Made by a program: the position numbers and the translations under genes. The notes under the pieces were generated by a model. That model saw only the letters and a program-made list of their open reading frames with translations, was not told the DNA's origin and did not search any database. Below, piece after piece: positions 1 to 25,096 of a DNA stretch of 64,000 nucleotides; within the stretch, counting starts at the first letter, position 1, and each line of letters opens with the position of its first letter. Source of the stretch: the human T2T-CHM13v2.0 reference genome, Homo sapiens; NCBI RefSeq assembly GCF_009914755.1, contig NC_060936.1. One strand, given 5' to 3'.

Positions 1-586
1 AGTCAGGCTGTCTGCAGGGGTTTGCTCTTCTGAAAGCTGGGCTCATGTGAGAGGATCTGCTTCCAAGATGCAACACTCACATGGCTATGGGCAGGAGGAT
101 TCAGTTCCTTGCCGTGTAGGCCTCTCCATAGGATACTTGTGTGTCATCACACAACAAGTATTTGCTTAAATATTCATGCAACCTCCTTAGAAGAAGATAG
201 CCATTAAAAAAAAAACACACACAGTAACAATAGCACGTAACCTTGGTTTCCTGTGGGAAGGGCCACTCCCTGGTTGTCTAGAGACAGTGGAAACAACTTA
301 ACCCTGACTATTCTTCCTCAATTTCTTTATGCTTGCTTTTCCTCTACTTGTCTTTAAATGATGGTATTCTCCAGAGTCTATCTGTGGCTTTATCTCATAA
401 TATACACTTGCAATAGGAATTCTCATATATACCTCTATATTCCAACCACCTTTATGTTGACATCTTCTAAATCTGCATGTTTAATTAGGCCTCTCTCCTA
501 AGAAAATTATATTGAATTCCCTACAAAACATCTGCAAGCATGAAGGCAGAAGCAATTCAAACTCAGTTTTTAAAAAGTAGATATTC

Positions 587-4248
<3,662 letters not shown>

Positions 4249-4739
4249 CACATTATTCTTAAAACTCCTTGACATGCATAACATATATTGTCCTCTATCT
4301 TGTCTTCTTATTTTTCTTCTCTAGGCTTCTTTTACTCTGTCCAGCCCTAAATAGAGATGTTTTACAAGGTTATCCTCTGTTAATCATTCATTCATTCAAT
4401 AGATTGAGTAAAAACAGTCTTTTCTAGGAACTGAGAATATGGAAGGGAAAAAAACACTATCTTTGCTTTCTTGGTGCTTAAATATTAGTTTACTCATAAA
4501 TACACTTCCCAGGAGAGTTCATTTATTTTCACAGCTTCAACCTATAATCAGGAGTAATAGTCATAATTTATTTAACAACTGATATCATCCAAGCACCAAC
4601 TAAATCAGAACAGGGTATCAACCAAATAGACAACGTCACACTCTGTTGTACTGGCTGAATATCAGCCCACCCTATAAAACATCAATATTATGATAATATG
4701 ATGACATCTTTGAGTGCAGATGGGAGCCACAGGGCCGCT

Positions 4740-5390
4740 CAAATTCTAGCTCTGTGGCATCCTGCTTGTGTGACCTTGGGCAGTTACTTCACCTGTCTGT
4801 GTACCAGTTGTCTTCCTCTACAAAATAAGCATAATAAAGTCATCATCAGGGTTGTTATGAAAATTGAATGAGATAATACATGTGAAGCATTTAGAACTGC
4901 TTGGCATATTATAAGTATTCAATAAATGATCGCTGTTATTATTTATTATTCCAGAGCTATGTCTCTAATCCTATCTTTTTCTTCCTGAGCAGCAAAGTTA
5001 TAGATTGTTTATTCCGCCAAATATACCCTAAGTGCTTATTCCTACAAGGAACTCTCAGTATAATTAGTGGAGGTAGACTTCTAAACAAACAGGAACAATA
5101 AATTTTATATATACTTGATTATATGTACTGAGTCAGATGGTAGAAATAATAAAAACAGAAAACACATATAGGGTCCTCACCATGTGCCAGGTACTAAGTG
5201 TTCATATGTGTGAACTCATATGATCTTAACAGCTGCCGCACCAAGCAAGTACTATTATTATCCTCACTTTATAGATCAGAAAACGGAGGCACAGAAGGTT
5301 CGAGTGACTTGACCAAGGGAATATAGCTACTAAGTTTTAAGCCACTCTGCCTCCAGAGCTTACGTTTCTTGTCACACCACTGTACCGTCT
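4740..5390. mobile_element. Two MIR fragments
   Basis: TGTGTGACCTTGGGCAGTTACTT core and an antisense GAAAACGGAGGCACAGA core. Confidence 0.6.
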
Positions 5391-6189
5391 CACCAAAGAG
5401 GAAGCAGTCTTTTGTGACAAAAGGAGCATTTCTTACAACTTTCTTTACATATCACATCTATTTTTTTTCAGATTTTACAATTCAAAATATCCCCTGGAGG
5501 AAACAAGCTGTGGACTCCTATTCTGCCAGTTAATGTAAAGCAATGCATCCTTTCTATACTTGGAATCGACACCCTAGTGGTGACTTGTTTTCTGATTTAC
5601 TATTTTTAAACATCTGATCCTCCATCATGAAAGATATATTTCTCACTTTAAATTATAAAACAAATTTTCTGGAACAGAATAAGCTCTTTGAGCTTGAACA
5701 ATCCTCCCTCCTTGCCTAATTACTAAAGAGCAAACAAATACAATAGAAGCCAGAGACAGATGAACTGGAGTCATTTCCTGAATACCTACCTCGTCCCCAG
5801 GACTCAGGGCAAGTGAACACACAGATGTACACATCTGTGTACAGACTTGGATGCTGGACTTTAATCTGCCTGTAGAAAGTCTACACTTCCTACAGACTAT
5901 AATAAGAAGGGTGCTACTTCTGTGTCCAGTGTCAAGGATAATCACTTAGATTTACTGAGACCCTGTACTTGCTGAGAACTGGCATCTTCTGAAACTGGCC
6001 AAAGCAGTGTTTCTCAAATTTAGGTTCTTAAATTCTCAGCGTACACTACAACCTTTCATACACTCGTTCATCTGGAATCACTGTTTCATAACCGATAGTT
6101 GCCAATGTTCAGGGAAGCCTGAATGAGAGCGCTGGCACGGGGTCAAAGAAAGATTCGTGGTAGCTTCATAAAATTAAAACTATGGGACA

Positions 6190-6499
6190 GGCCAGGTGCA
6201 GTGGCTCACGCCTGTAATCCCAGCACTTCGGGAGGCCGAGATGGGTGGATCACGAGGTCAGGAGATCGAGACCATCATGGTTAACACAGTGAAACCCCGT
6301 CTCTACTAAAAATACAAAAAAATTAGCCGGGTGTGGTGGCCAGCGCCTGTAGTCCCAGCTACTCGGGAAGCTAAGGCAGGAGAATGGCCGTGAACCTGGG
6401 AGGCGGAGCTTGCAGTGAGCCGAGATCGGGCCACTGAACTCCAGCCTGGATGACAGAGCGAGACTCCGTCTCAAAAAAAAAAAAAAAAAAAAAAAAAAA
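6190..6499 (+). mobile_element. AluY
   Basis: Diagnostic GGATCACGAGGTCAGGAGATCGAGACCATC and GGCGGAGCTTGCAG; TSD AACTATGG. Confidence 0.9.
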
Positions 6500-7777
6500 C
6501 AACTATGGAACAACTGAGGCATCCTGGAATGTAAGATGGAATTTTAAGCTCAGGTTTCTATTGCTGTATAAGTTACTGCCATATTTATTATGTGGTACAT
6601 ATTTATGAAATCTCATCTTTGTGTGAATCAGTGTGACACATCTTACTAGAAATAGTCACTGAAACCTTCTTAGGAAAAAATAAGTGTGGTGGTTTGTAAT
6701 ACAAGTAGATGATCACCACAGGTTCCTTCTAATTTTATTATTTTATCATTGATTTTTTTCCCCTAAGACTGGTTCAACTTCATAGATCTTTGTTAATGTC
6801 TTTGCAAACTTCCGTAATTCACAGATTTCAATGTACTCTATCTCTTTTGGCTTAATTTCGTATCCAGATCTCATCTATGATAAAGGATACATGAAGCCTC
6901 TGCAGGATTTCAATTAGAAGGAAAAAGAAACCAAATTTCATGGACCATGACAACTTTAAAACCCTAGGGGCAGATTTGATGTTATTAGCAATCAAAGGTG
7001 GTTACTTCTGCTGTGCAGATTTCATGGTCCAAAGATTACAACAGCTTGCTATGCATCAAGCTAGCCAGTCTTTGTGCCTATCTCCCTGATGACATGTGAC
7101 TTCAGACAAGTTCCCAAGGTGGCCCCCTCACTACAGTCAACACCTCCTGATCCTGGTAATCACACCTTCCCCCAGGCTTCTCAAGCAAAGGAATGGGACA
7201 GCTCCTGAGCTGTTGCTAGCCCCAGGACACTTCACTCTTTCTTTTTGGCTCCTTTAAGCTTCACTTTTGCAAACATTGTTTTATTAAACACCTCTCAAGT
7301 TTCCTAGGTAAAGTGTGCCATCTGTTCCTGCCAGGATTCTGTTTTTATGAAATCAATAGGAGATACATCCTTACTTTCCCCAGATTTTGTAGGTATTGGT
7401 AACACTTGGTGATTGTCTTTATGGGCCAGGATGTGGATGCATGAGTTACTATAGTTTACAGAACTAGCAATAAAGCAGACATGAATACCTAAATAGACTA
7501 GAAGGTAGGCACATCTCTTGCACACTCAACTACAGTATGCAAGTACCCAGAACCTGTCTTTGGGCCACATGCCCTTCCCACTGCATCAAGTATTAGACAC
7601 GGCCAAGAACTCAGAGGAAGGCCAGTACTTCAAGTATCTACTCTTTTTTTCATCTTTACTGGGGCTGGATGCTGGTTTGTGGACTAGAAGAGCCAGGAAG
7701 GGTGTATCTGAATGGAGAGGGATTGTTGGAGAGGAAATCTAAGGAGTTCATTACTTCCATCACTTTAGGTAGCTTTA

Positions 7778-8197
<420 letters not shown>

Positions 8198-8220
8198 TTA
8201 ATCATCATACAATCTTTCTT

Positions 8221-8544
8221 TCTGCTTATTTAAGTTTCTTTCTACCTAACAGCCCTTAACCAGACAATAGTTATTAACCTTTTAACCAGGTAAAATGTAT
8301 TAATAAATACTTTTGCATTGGTCATTTTGTAGAAAAAAAAAAGAAGAAAGGAAAAAGAAAAGAAAGAAAAGGGACAGACTTCTAGTCTGCTTATTTAAGT
8401 TTCTTTCTGCCTAACAACCTTTAACCAAACAATAGATATTAACCTTTTAACCAGATAAAATGTATTAATAAATACTTTCGCATTGGTCATTTTGTAGGAA
8501 AAAAATAATAAAGAAGGAAAGAAAGAAAAGGGCCAGTCTTCTAA
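8221..8544. repeat. ~165-bp tandem duplication (8221-8385 / 8386-8544)
   Basis: Both units start TCTGCTTATTTAAGTTTCTTTCT and end ...CAG(A/T)CTTCTA. Confidence 0.92.
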
Positions 8545-8549
8545 TTCAT

Positions 8550-9087
8550 GGAACTATAATAGATCTTTCCCCAGTGCACATGGCAAGTCAATGCACCAAG
8601 ATACCAAGTTGCAACAAAGAAAGAGGTTTAATGGCAGGGCTGCCTGAAAAGGAAATAGGAGGAAACCTCAAACCTCTCTCCCCAAGTAGTTTGGGGCTAA
8701 GGATTTTAAAGGTTTTGGAGTGAGCCAAAGTGTGGAGATCATTGATAGGTCAGAGTTCAGGATGAAGTCATGGGACACAGGAAGAACCTGCGTTCTCAGG
8801 CTGATTTGGCTCCTCTGGGGGTAGGGGGGTGGTCTTCAAACTGGTTAGCTCAGCTATTTCGCTGGAATTTGGGGTCTGAAAAACATCTTAAGCAATTCTT
8901 GAACAAAAGCCTTATGATTCTAATGTCAGGGACCCTATCTGTAGTAACAATGGGGATTCAAATGGTCAGCGTCTAATGCTACTGACTATCGATTACAAGG
9001 AAGGGGGCCGAAGAGCAGCCTGATTAATGATTAATTATAATTATATTTCTGTCCAGAATTCCTCTTAACTCTGTAAGGACAGCTTCA
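8550..9087 (-). mobile_element. ERV1-class LTR (LOR1/LTR26-like)
   Basis: Minus strand begins TGAAGCTGTCCTTACAGAGTTAAGAGGAATTCTGGACAGAAATAT. Confidence 0.55.
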
Positions 9088-9429
<342 letters not shown>

Positions 9430-9488
9430 TCAGTCAACATATTTGGCTTGGATTGTCTCTTGGTGCTTGATGCTTTCACTTTATGCTA

Positions 9489-9910
<422 letters not shown>

Positions 9911-10008
9911 CTACACCATGACATACTCGTGGTAGACAAATGAATTACTCTACGGGATTTCTGAAGGCAAGATTGGTGGACCAATCATATTCTCTGATAG
10001 ATTAATTA

Positions 10009-10461
<453 letters not shown>

Positions 10462-10578
10462 TCAGTGAGCAGAGATTGTGCCAATGCACTTTAGCCTGTG
10501 CAACAGAGCAAGACTCCGTTTCAAATAATAATAATAATAATAATAATAAAGAGCCATATGAGAGATTATACAACTGGG

Positions 10579-11327
10579 TGATATAGTTTGGATATAAGCC
10601 CTCCACCCAAATCTCGTGTTGAATTGTGTAATTCCCACTGTTGGAGGTGGGGTCTGGTGGGAGGTGATTGGATCATGTGGGTGGATTTCACGTGATGGTT
10701 TAACACTATCCCCTTGGTGTCGTCCTCACAATAGGGAGTGACTTCTCATGAGACCTGGCTGTTTAAAACTGTGGCACCTCACTCTCTTTCTCTTGCTCCT
10801 GCTCCCACCATGTGAGACACCTGCTCCCTCTTCACTTTTCACCATGATTGTAACCTTCCTGAGGACTCCCCAGAAGCAGATGCCTGTGTCATGCTTCCTG
10901 TACAGCCTGCAGAACCGTAAGCCAATTAAACCTCTTTTCTTTTTAAATTACGTAGGCTCAGGTATTTCTTTCTTTTCTTTCTTTCTTTTTTTTTTTTTGA
11001 GACAGGATCTCACTCTGTCACCCAGGCTGGAGTGCAGTGGTGCCATCATGGCTCATTGCAACCTTGACCTTGACCTCCTGGGCTCAGGTGATCCTCCCAC
11101 CTTAGCCTCCCAAGTAGCTGGGACTACAGGTATGCATCACCACACCTGGCTAACTTCTTGGTTTTTTTTATTAAGACATGGTCTCACTACATTGCCCAGA
11201 CTGGTCTTGAACTCCTTGGCTCAAGCAGTGTGCCTGCCTTGGCCTCCCAAAATGCTGGGATTACAGGTGTGAGCCACCATGTTTGGCAAGTATTTCTTTA
11301 TAGCAATGTAAGATCAGCCTAATATAC
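10579..11327 (+). mobile_element. MST (MaLR) LTR split by a minus-strand Alu (~10966-11287)
   Basis: TGATATAGTTTGGAT... start; GTATTTCTTT duplicated around the Alu. Confidence 0.75.
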
Positions 11328-11810
11328 CAGGTAAACAGTAGGCATAAAATAAGCTAGAGTCTTAAAGTAATAAGGAACATTACACCTTACTGAATATCCA
11401 AATCCCTGAGTATGTAAATGTACAATTTCTTAGTCATATCCAAAGTTACATTTTGATGGAATCATATGCTTCCTATTAATATCCTCATCCCACAGAGTAA
11501 TCATTTTTGCCAACTTCAGTGAATGTTTACACAATATATCATTTCAAGGCAGTTTTTTAAATAAGGAAACAGAAGTTACTTCCTCCATGATGAAAAAATA
11601 AATAACAACAGAGCCATGCTGAAATATAGATTCTGGACGGTCAGCTGGGCTCACTCACTAGCTAAGTAATGTTTTCCTTTACACCAGTCTTAAAATAAAG
11701 TTCAAGCAGTCCTCTAGGGAAATAACAAAACCAGAAAATGTGGCCAAGCGTGGTGGCTCACGCCTGTAATCCCAGCACTTGAAGAGGCTGAGGCGGGAGG
11801 ATTGCTTGAG

Positions 11811-12819
11811 TGTGGGCGGCAAGCCACCCAGGCACCGAGGCAAGAGACAGAGGACACGAGCTGTTCCAGTATAGTAAAATATAAAACAAGAACAGTTATA
11901 CCAGATATAGATCTTAGATATGATTATATATGAATATCATTAATCCTTAGTTTGTAGCAATTACTTTTTATTCCAATATTATGATAATCCTTGCTCTATA
12001 ATCATAGCCTAGGAAAAATCAGGCCATACAGAGATAGGAGCTGAGGGGACATAGTGAGGTGTGACCAGAAGACAAGAGTGCGAGCCTTCTATTATGCCCG
12101 GGCAGGGCCACCAGAGGGCTCCTTGGTCTAGCGGTGACGCCAGCGTCTGGGAAGATGCCCATTACCAGGCGGATCGTGGTCCAGCGGTAGCAAAAGGTGT
12201 CAAGGAACAACACCCGCTACTTAGCAGACCGGGAAAGTGGAGGGGGGGTCTCCCTTTCCCGGGGGAGTTTAGAGAAGACTCTGCTCCTCCACCTCTTGTG
12301 GAGGGCCTAAAATTAGTCAGGCTCGCCCGCAGTTATCCAGAGGCCTAACCGTCTCCCTGTGATGCTGTGCTTCATGTTCTGGTCTGCCTTCATGTTCCAT
12401 CCTGTACACCTGGCTCTGCCTTCTAGATAGCAGTAGTAAATTAGTGAAAATACTAATAGTCCCTGATATGCAGAAATAATGGCGTAAGCTGTCTTTCTGT
12501 CTGTCTCCTCTCCCTCTCTGCCTCGGCTGCCAGGCAGGGAAGGCCCCCCCCCCCGTCCAGTGGACACGTGACCCACGTGACCTTACCTATCATTGGAGAT
12601 GACTCACATTCTTTACCCTGCCCCTTCTGCCTTGTATCCAATAAATAACAGCGCAGCCAGACATTCGGGGCCACTACCGGTCTCCGCGCATTGGTGGTAG
12701 TGGTCCCCCGGGCCCAGCTGCCTTTTCTCTTGTCTCTTTGTCTTGTGTCTTTATTTCTACACTCTCTCATTGCCGTACACAGGGAGAGACCCACCGACCC
12801 TGTGGGGCTGGCCCCTACA
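11811..12819 (+). mobile_element. LTR13 solo LTR (ERVK class) inserted into an Alu
   Basis: TGTGGGCGGCAAGCCACCC...CCCCTACA; 6-bp TSD CTTGAG (11805-11810 / 12820-12825); the host Alu resumes at 12826. Confidence 0.88.
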
Positions 12820-13107
12820 CTTGAGCCCAGGAGTCTGAGATCTGTCTGGGCAACATGGTGAAACCCTGTCTGTGCAAAAATCACAAAAAATGAGCTGGGT
12901 GTGGTGGCATGCATCTCTAATCCCACTTACTCGGGAGGCTGAGCTGGTTGAATCACCTGAGCCTAGGAGATCAAGGTTGCAGTGAGCTATAATTGTACTA
13001 CTGCACTCCAGCATGGGCAACAGAGGGAGACCCTATTTCAAATAAAACAAACAAACAACAAAACCCCAGAAAATGTTAAACCTTAGAATGATTAAGAATC
13101 TGCTATA

Positions 13108-17710
<4,603 letters not shown>

Positions 17711-18465
17711 AGTCTAGAACAACAGAGACTAGAATTGAGGTATTTCCATGAGACTAGAGTTTAGAATACAGACCTAGCAGAGCTCATCAGAGCATAGGTA
17801 GGACAGAAATAAGCCAAAAGTGTCCTGGGGTGATGGCGAGAAACATAAGCTAGTATTTGGGCTTTGAGTTTAAATGCTATTAGGTACATGTTTGTGAGTC
17901 ATACTGGCTTATGGGACCAGGGACAGGAGAGACAGCCAGTTAGGCAAGGAATTACAGCCACTGGGTAAGACCCAGGCTCAGATGCAATTTGTTGTTTGAG
18001 TATGACTGTTAACAAGGAGCAAAGCTCCAGTCAGTGTAGAAAATGGTGGTTTACTTTTAATTCGCTTTCCTTTTGCAACTTTCATATCTAGTCATTCACT
18101 TCTTCAAGTTGATTCTTCATAAACTGTTTTATAGCTGTCATTCTAATTCTCACTACCACCTTACTATCAACATTCTTCATGGTGAAAAGATGAGTAGGGA
18201 CAATAATATTGACACTCTTTGGGGAATTTGAGGAAAAAAAATGCCCAGTAGGTATAGGATTAAGAATATAAAATAGAAAGTGAAGAAAGGGGCAGGTATG
18301 ATGGGTTGCATGCAAGTTAAAATCTTATAGAACATAAACTGAGTAAGCCAGGAATTCAGCTGACAAGGGAGATGAGCAGAGGAAACCCTGAGAGAGAAAA
18401 GGAGATATTCAGAGAGACAGAGGCCGTGTGGTCCCTGAAAAACAGACAGAAAAAGTAGCCAATCA

Positions 18466-18760
18466 CTACAGCCATCTCAGTTATTCAATGCAACCCAAAT
18501 GTAGGTGTTGCTCTGAGGTATTTTGTAGATACGTCTAAAGTTCATAATCCATTGATTTTAGGTGTGGAAGATGATTCTAGATCATTGGGTGTGCCTGATT
18601 GAATTAGCTGAAAGAAGTTAAGAACAGAAGCGAGGCTTCCCTGAAGAAGAAATTCCACCTACGGAATATAGCATTGTTCACGTACTAGAGTTCTAGCCTG
18701 CCCTTCTTGACAGCCTCCCCTGCAGATCTGGGACTTCCCCTGCCATCCCCCATAACCACC
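18466..18760 (+). mobile_element. MLT2-type LTR fragment
   Basis: TTATTCAAT...TAGGTGTTGCT...GATAATCT-like MLT2 sequence. Confidence 0.5.
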
Positions 18761-19936
18761 CAGGCCAATATAGCTCCACCTACAGTCCTCTTTCTCCGGT
18801 TTAACCCTGACTGTTAAACTCTTTCCTACAGATTGCTCAACCCTCACAAAATGTTTTGTAAGTCATTGTTGGACCACGGACTTGAGCGCTCGAGGCCATC
18901 CTATCCAGGTTGATCCCATTGCTGTGGAATGTTACAGCACAGGGGTCCCACAGACGTAGCTTTATGATCACTGTCCCAGGCTATTACATGTGGAAGGACA
19001 GTTTTTAGACACTCAGAGAACCATGCCCTCTCCTCTGCTAGATTTCAATTTTACTGAAATTTTCTTAACTCCTTAAAGCTGTGAAATATCCTATAGGGTA
19101 ATAAGAAAATGCTGGAGAATATAGAATAATGAAATTTTATATTGCTTCCTAAGTTTAAAATAGTATTTCTTTTCTTCAATTTTAATTATTAAAGATAGCC
19201 AATGCTTCTTTCTCTCATCTACTCTGTCTTCCTGGAGATAACCACAGCTAGTAGGTTGGAGTTTCTCTTTAGCCCTTTTGCTAAGCATATGTATATATGT
19301 ATGGATATGTTTGAAAAGAAGGCTATATGTGTCTGTGTGTGTTATCTATCTACACACACACACACACACACACACGTTAAAACATAAATGAGATCAAGCT
19401 ATGCAAATTATTTGTCCAGTTTTTTGTTTTTGTTTTTTTTTTGAGACAGGGTGTCACTGTGTCACCCAGGCTGAGTACAGTGGCGCCATCACAGCTCATT
19501 GCAGCCTCAATTTCTCAGGCTAAGGTAATCCTCCTCCATCAGCCTGAGTAGCTAGGACTACAAGCACAAGTCAGCACACCCGGCTGCTTTTTTTTTTTTT
19601 TTTTTTTTTCAAAGACGGAGTCTCACTCTGTTGCCCAGCCTGGAGGTCTGTGGTGAGATCTTGGCTCACAGCAACCTCCGCCTCTTGGGTTCAAGCAATT
19701 CTCATGCCTCAGCCTCCTGAGTAGCTGGGATTATAGGCACCCATCACCAAACCTGGCTAATTTTTGTATTTTTAGTAGAGACAGAGTTTCACCATGTTGG
19801 CCAGGCTGTTCTTAAACTCCAGACCTCAAGTGATCCTCCCGCCTCAGCCTCCCAAAGGGCTGATATTACAGGCATGAGTCACTGCATCTGGCTGACTCTG
19901 ATCTTTTAGATGTTGGCATTTTAAGATGAAAAGTTT

Positions 19937-20045
19937 GGCTGATCCAAAGGTAGCAAGTTACCTCAATTGACTGTTCACAGTTGCAGATGAAACTCCTTGT
20001 TCTATTCTTTCCCTACCTTCCCACTGCTGCACTTGACTAGTCTTT
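19937..20045 (+). pseudogene. Y RNA (RNY1-like) pseudogene
   Basis: GGCTGATCCAAAGGTAGCAAGTTACCTCAATTGACTGTTCACAG...GCACTTGACTAGTCTTT plus A-tail; collinear with hY1. Confidence 0.9.
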
Positions 20046-20128
20046 AAAAAGAAGTCCTTAAAATGGGCCAGGCTTGGTGGCTCACGCCTGTAATCCCAGC
20101 ACTTTGGGAGGCTGAAGTGGGAGGATCA

Positions 20129-20527
<399 letters not shown>

Positions 20528-20686
20528 TTATGTTAATATGCACGATGTAATTTAAAACATTAAAATTAGTGTAAGCTGGGTGCTGTTGTGCGTGCCTGTA
20601 GTTCCTGCTACAGGGGAGGCTGTGGCAGGAGGATCACTTGAGCCTAGTGGTTTGAGTCCAGCCTGGGCAACATAGCAAGACTCCAG

Positions 20687-20866
20687 GAAAGGAAAGGAGA
20701 GGAGAGGAGAGGATGGGGGAGGGGAGGGGAGGGGAGGGGAGGGGAGGGGAAGGGAAGGGAAGGGAAGGGAGGGAAGGGAAGGGAGGGGAAGGGAGAAAGG
20801 AGGGAGGGAGGGAAGGAAGGAAGGAAGGAAGGAAGGAAGGAAGGAAGGAAGGAAGGAAGGAAGGAA
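20687..20866 (+). repeat. Compound polypurine microsatellite (GGAGA/GGGGA/GGGAA units, then (GGAA)14)
   Basis: Read directly; grew from the tail of an Alu monomer. Confidence 0.95.
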
Positions 20867-21051
20867 ACAGTGTAATCAAATTTGCCAATAGGATTTTTTA
20901 GCCAGTTGTGGCAGCTCAGGCCCGTAATCCCAGTGTTCTGGGAGGCTGAGGCAAGAGGATCCTTTGAGGCCAGGAGTTTGAGACCAGTTTGGTCAACATA
21001 GCAAGTGTCCATCTCTACAAATAATATTTTATTTATTTTATTATTTTTTAA

Positions 21052-21562
<511 letters not shown>

Positions 21563-21672
21563 TAGTCCCAGCTACTTGAAAGACTGAGGTAGGAGGATTG
21601 CTTGACCCTAGGAGTTTGGGACTGCACAGTGAGCTATGATCATACCATTGCATTCTAGCCTTGGTGATAGAA

Positions 21673-22117
21673 TGCCGGATCTGTCCCACAGACCCTGGCC
21701 GAGCGATGGATGAAAGGAATACTCAGACACAGGTATGCAGTGTCAGAGCCGCTAGGGGACTGCTGGCAGAGTAAGCAGTCTCGAGCAGCTGGAGCTGCTT
21801 GCATTTATTTAGTACAGACATAATGCGAAAGTCTGGAGCAAACACAATCTGCAGGTAATTAACATTATTGTTCCCCCTTACCTGGAGCAGTCACTCGGGG
21901 TTGGCCAAAGATAGTTTCTGGACAACATGGGTAAACAAGCCTATTTAGATAAATTCCGCTATACTTCCTTGTACCTATTTCTTGCCCTCTGCCTCAGGGT
22001 AAGAAAACAGGTGCCTCCAGCTTATTCTCCCCAGAAGCTTTGCAGAGCCTTCTGACATTTCAAAAGGTCTGCTTCTTTCCCTATAGCTTCTTCCACCACT
22101 CTGACCTATCCCCCACA
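21673..22117 (-). mobile_element. LTR22-family (HML-5) solo LTR inside the right arm of an AluJ
   Basis: Minus strand TGTGGGGGATAGGTCAGAGTGGTGG...GATCCGGCA; the Alu tail resumes at 22118. Confidence 0.75.
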
Positions 22118-22252
22118 ACAAAGCAAGATTCAGTCTCAAAAAAAATAATAATTCTGTTTTTAAAAATATAATCTCTATCTTGGGTTGCTCCAATATTAAA
22201 GAACAAGTGAAAGTGGTTGTCATCTAATGCAAAAAATTAGATTTGTAAGTCA

Positions 22253-22453
<201 letters not shown>

Positions 22454-22631
22454 TCAGGAGGCAAGAGAGTTGCTTGACCAGCGGGGAGGCAGAGGTTGCA
22501 GTGAGCCAAGATCATGCCACTGCACTCCAGCCTGAGCAACAGAGCAAGCCTCCATCTCAAAAAAGAAAAAAAAAAGTTTGAAATAAAGGCTTAAAATTCC
22601 AAAATACTATGAATAATGCTTTCTGTGATGA

Positions 22632-23019
<388 letters not shown>

Positions 23020-23151
23020 TGAAGGCAGAGACTTTTTTGAATTAAAAGTTTTCTTTATATATCTTCATGATGTCACAATGCTATGCACATAGTAGAGTAA
23101 TCAGCAAATATTTGGAAGAATAAATAAATAATTAACAAACTCTATTTCTCA

Positions 23152-23310
<159 letters not shown>

Positions 23311-23764
23311 TTACCGGGGCATTGTGGTACATGCCTGTAGTTCCAGCTACTCAGGAGGCCAAGACAGGAGAATCACTTGAACCCAGGAGGCAGAAGTTGC
23401 AGTGAGCTGAGATCACGCCACCGCACTCCAACCTGAGCGACAAAGCAAGAGTCTGTCTCAAAAAATAATAATAATAATAATAGTCATTGTCTCTATTACA
23501 AAGTGATTCTCAGTAATGTATAAGAAACAGTGAACATTACAGACTATTGCAATAGACTAAGCAAAAGTTATTGATGGCTTGAACTAAAGCGTGTCAATGG
23601 CTTCCAGCCTAAAGGCACCAGGAGCACACCTAGCGTTGAACAAATTGGGTCTATTACTCATTGCAGTGAGGGGAGAGCACACATCATGGGGAGACATGAG
23701 CTATGAGTTGTCTCAGTGAGAGGGTGTTAGAAAGAACGAGTAATAGAAGTTGGACTTTGGTAAG

Positions 23765-24795
<1,031 letters not shown>

Positions 24796-24962
24796 GTCGG
24801 GTGATTTGGAGGGAAGGTCAAATAAAATGAAGATTTGCTCTGGATTAGATGTTGTTAGGGAATCGGGTCAATTCTGTAATTGGGGATGTGAATAGATATT
24901 ATCTCAGGGAGGGCAGGTTAGAACAAGGATAAAGCTGTAATTGGTAAAGAAGTAGCAGTCAC

Positions 24963-25096
24963 TTGTCCTGGCCTAGGCCATTTCTGCTCCCCCGCGCTCA
25001 GTCCTAGCAGAGTAGTCTGGCAGGACGCACAGCAATCTCCCTCTCAGTTTAGGAGGGCCGTCTCCTAAGAATAGGGCTGGCAGGAAAGGACAATTT
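24963..25096 (+). pseudogene. Retroposed H/ACA scaRNA copy, SCARNA11 (ACA57)-like
   Basis: Two hairpins, H box ACAGCA (25029-25034), ACA (25090-25092), A-rich tail and TSD GTAGCAGTCA (24952-24961 / 25122-25131); resembles recalled ACA57. Confidence 0.75.

Noticed and set aside
20634-21012. PSFL/EGRK repeat ORFs
   Set aside because: Translation of the purine microsatellite.
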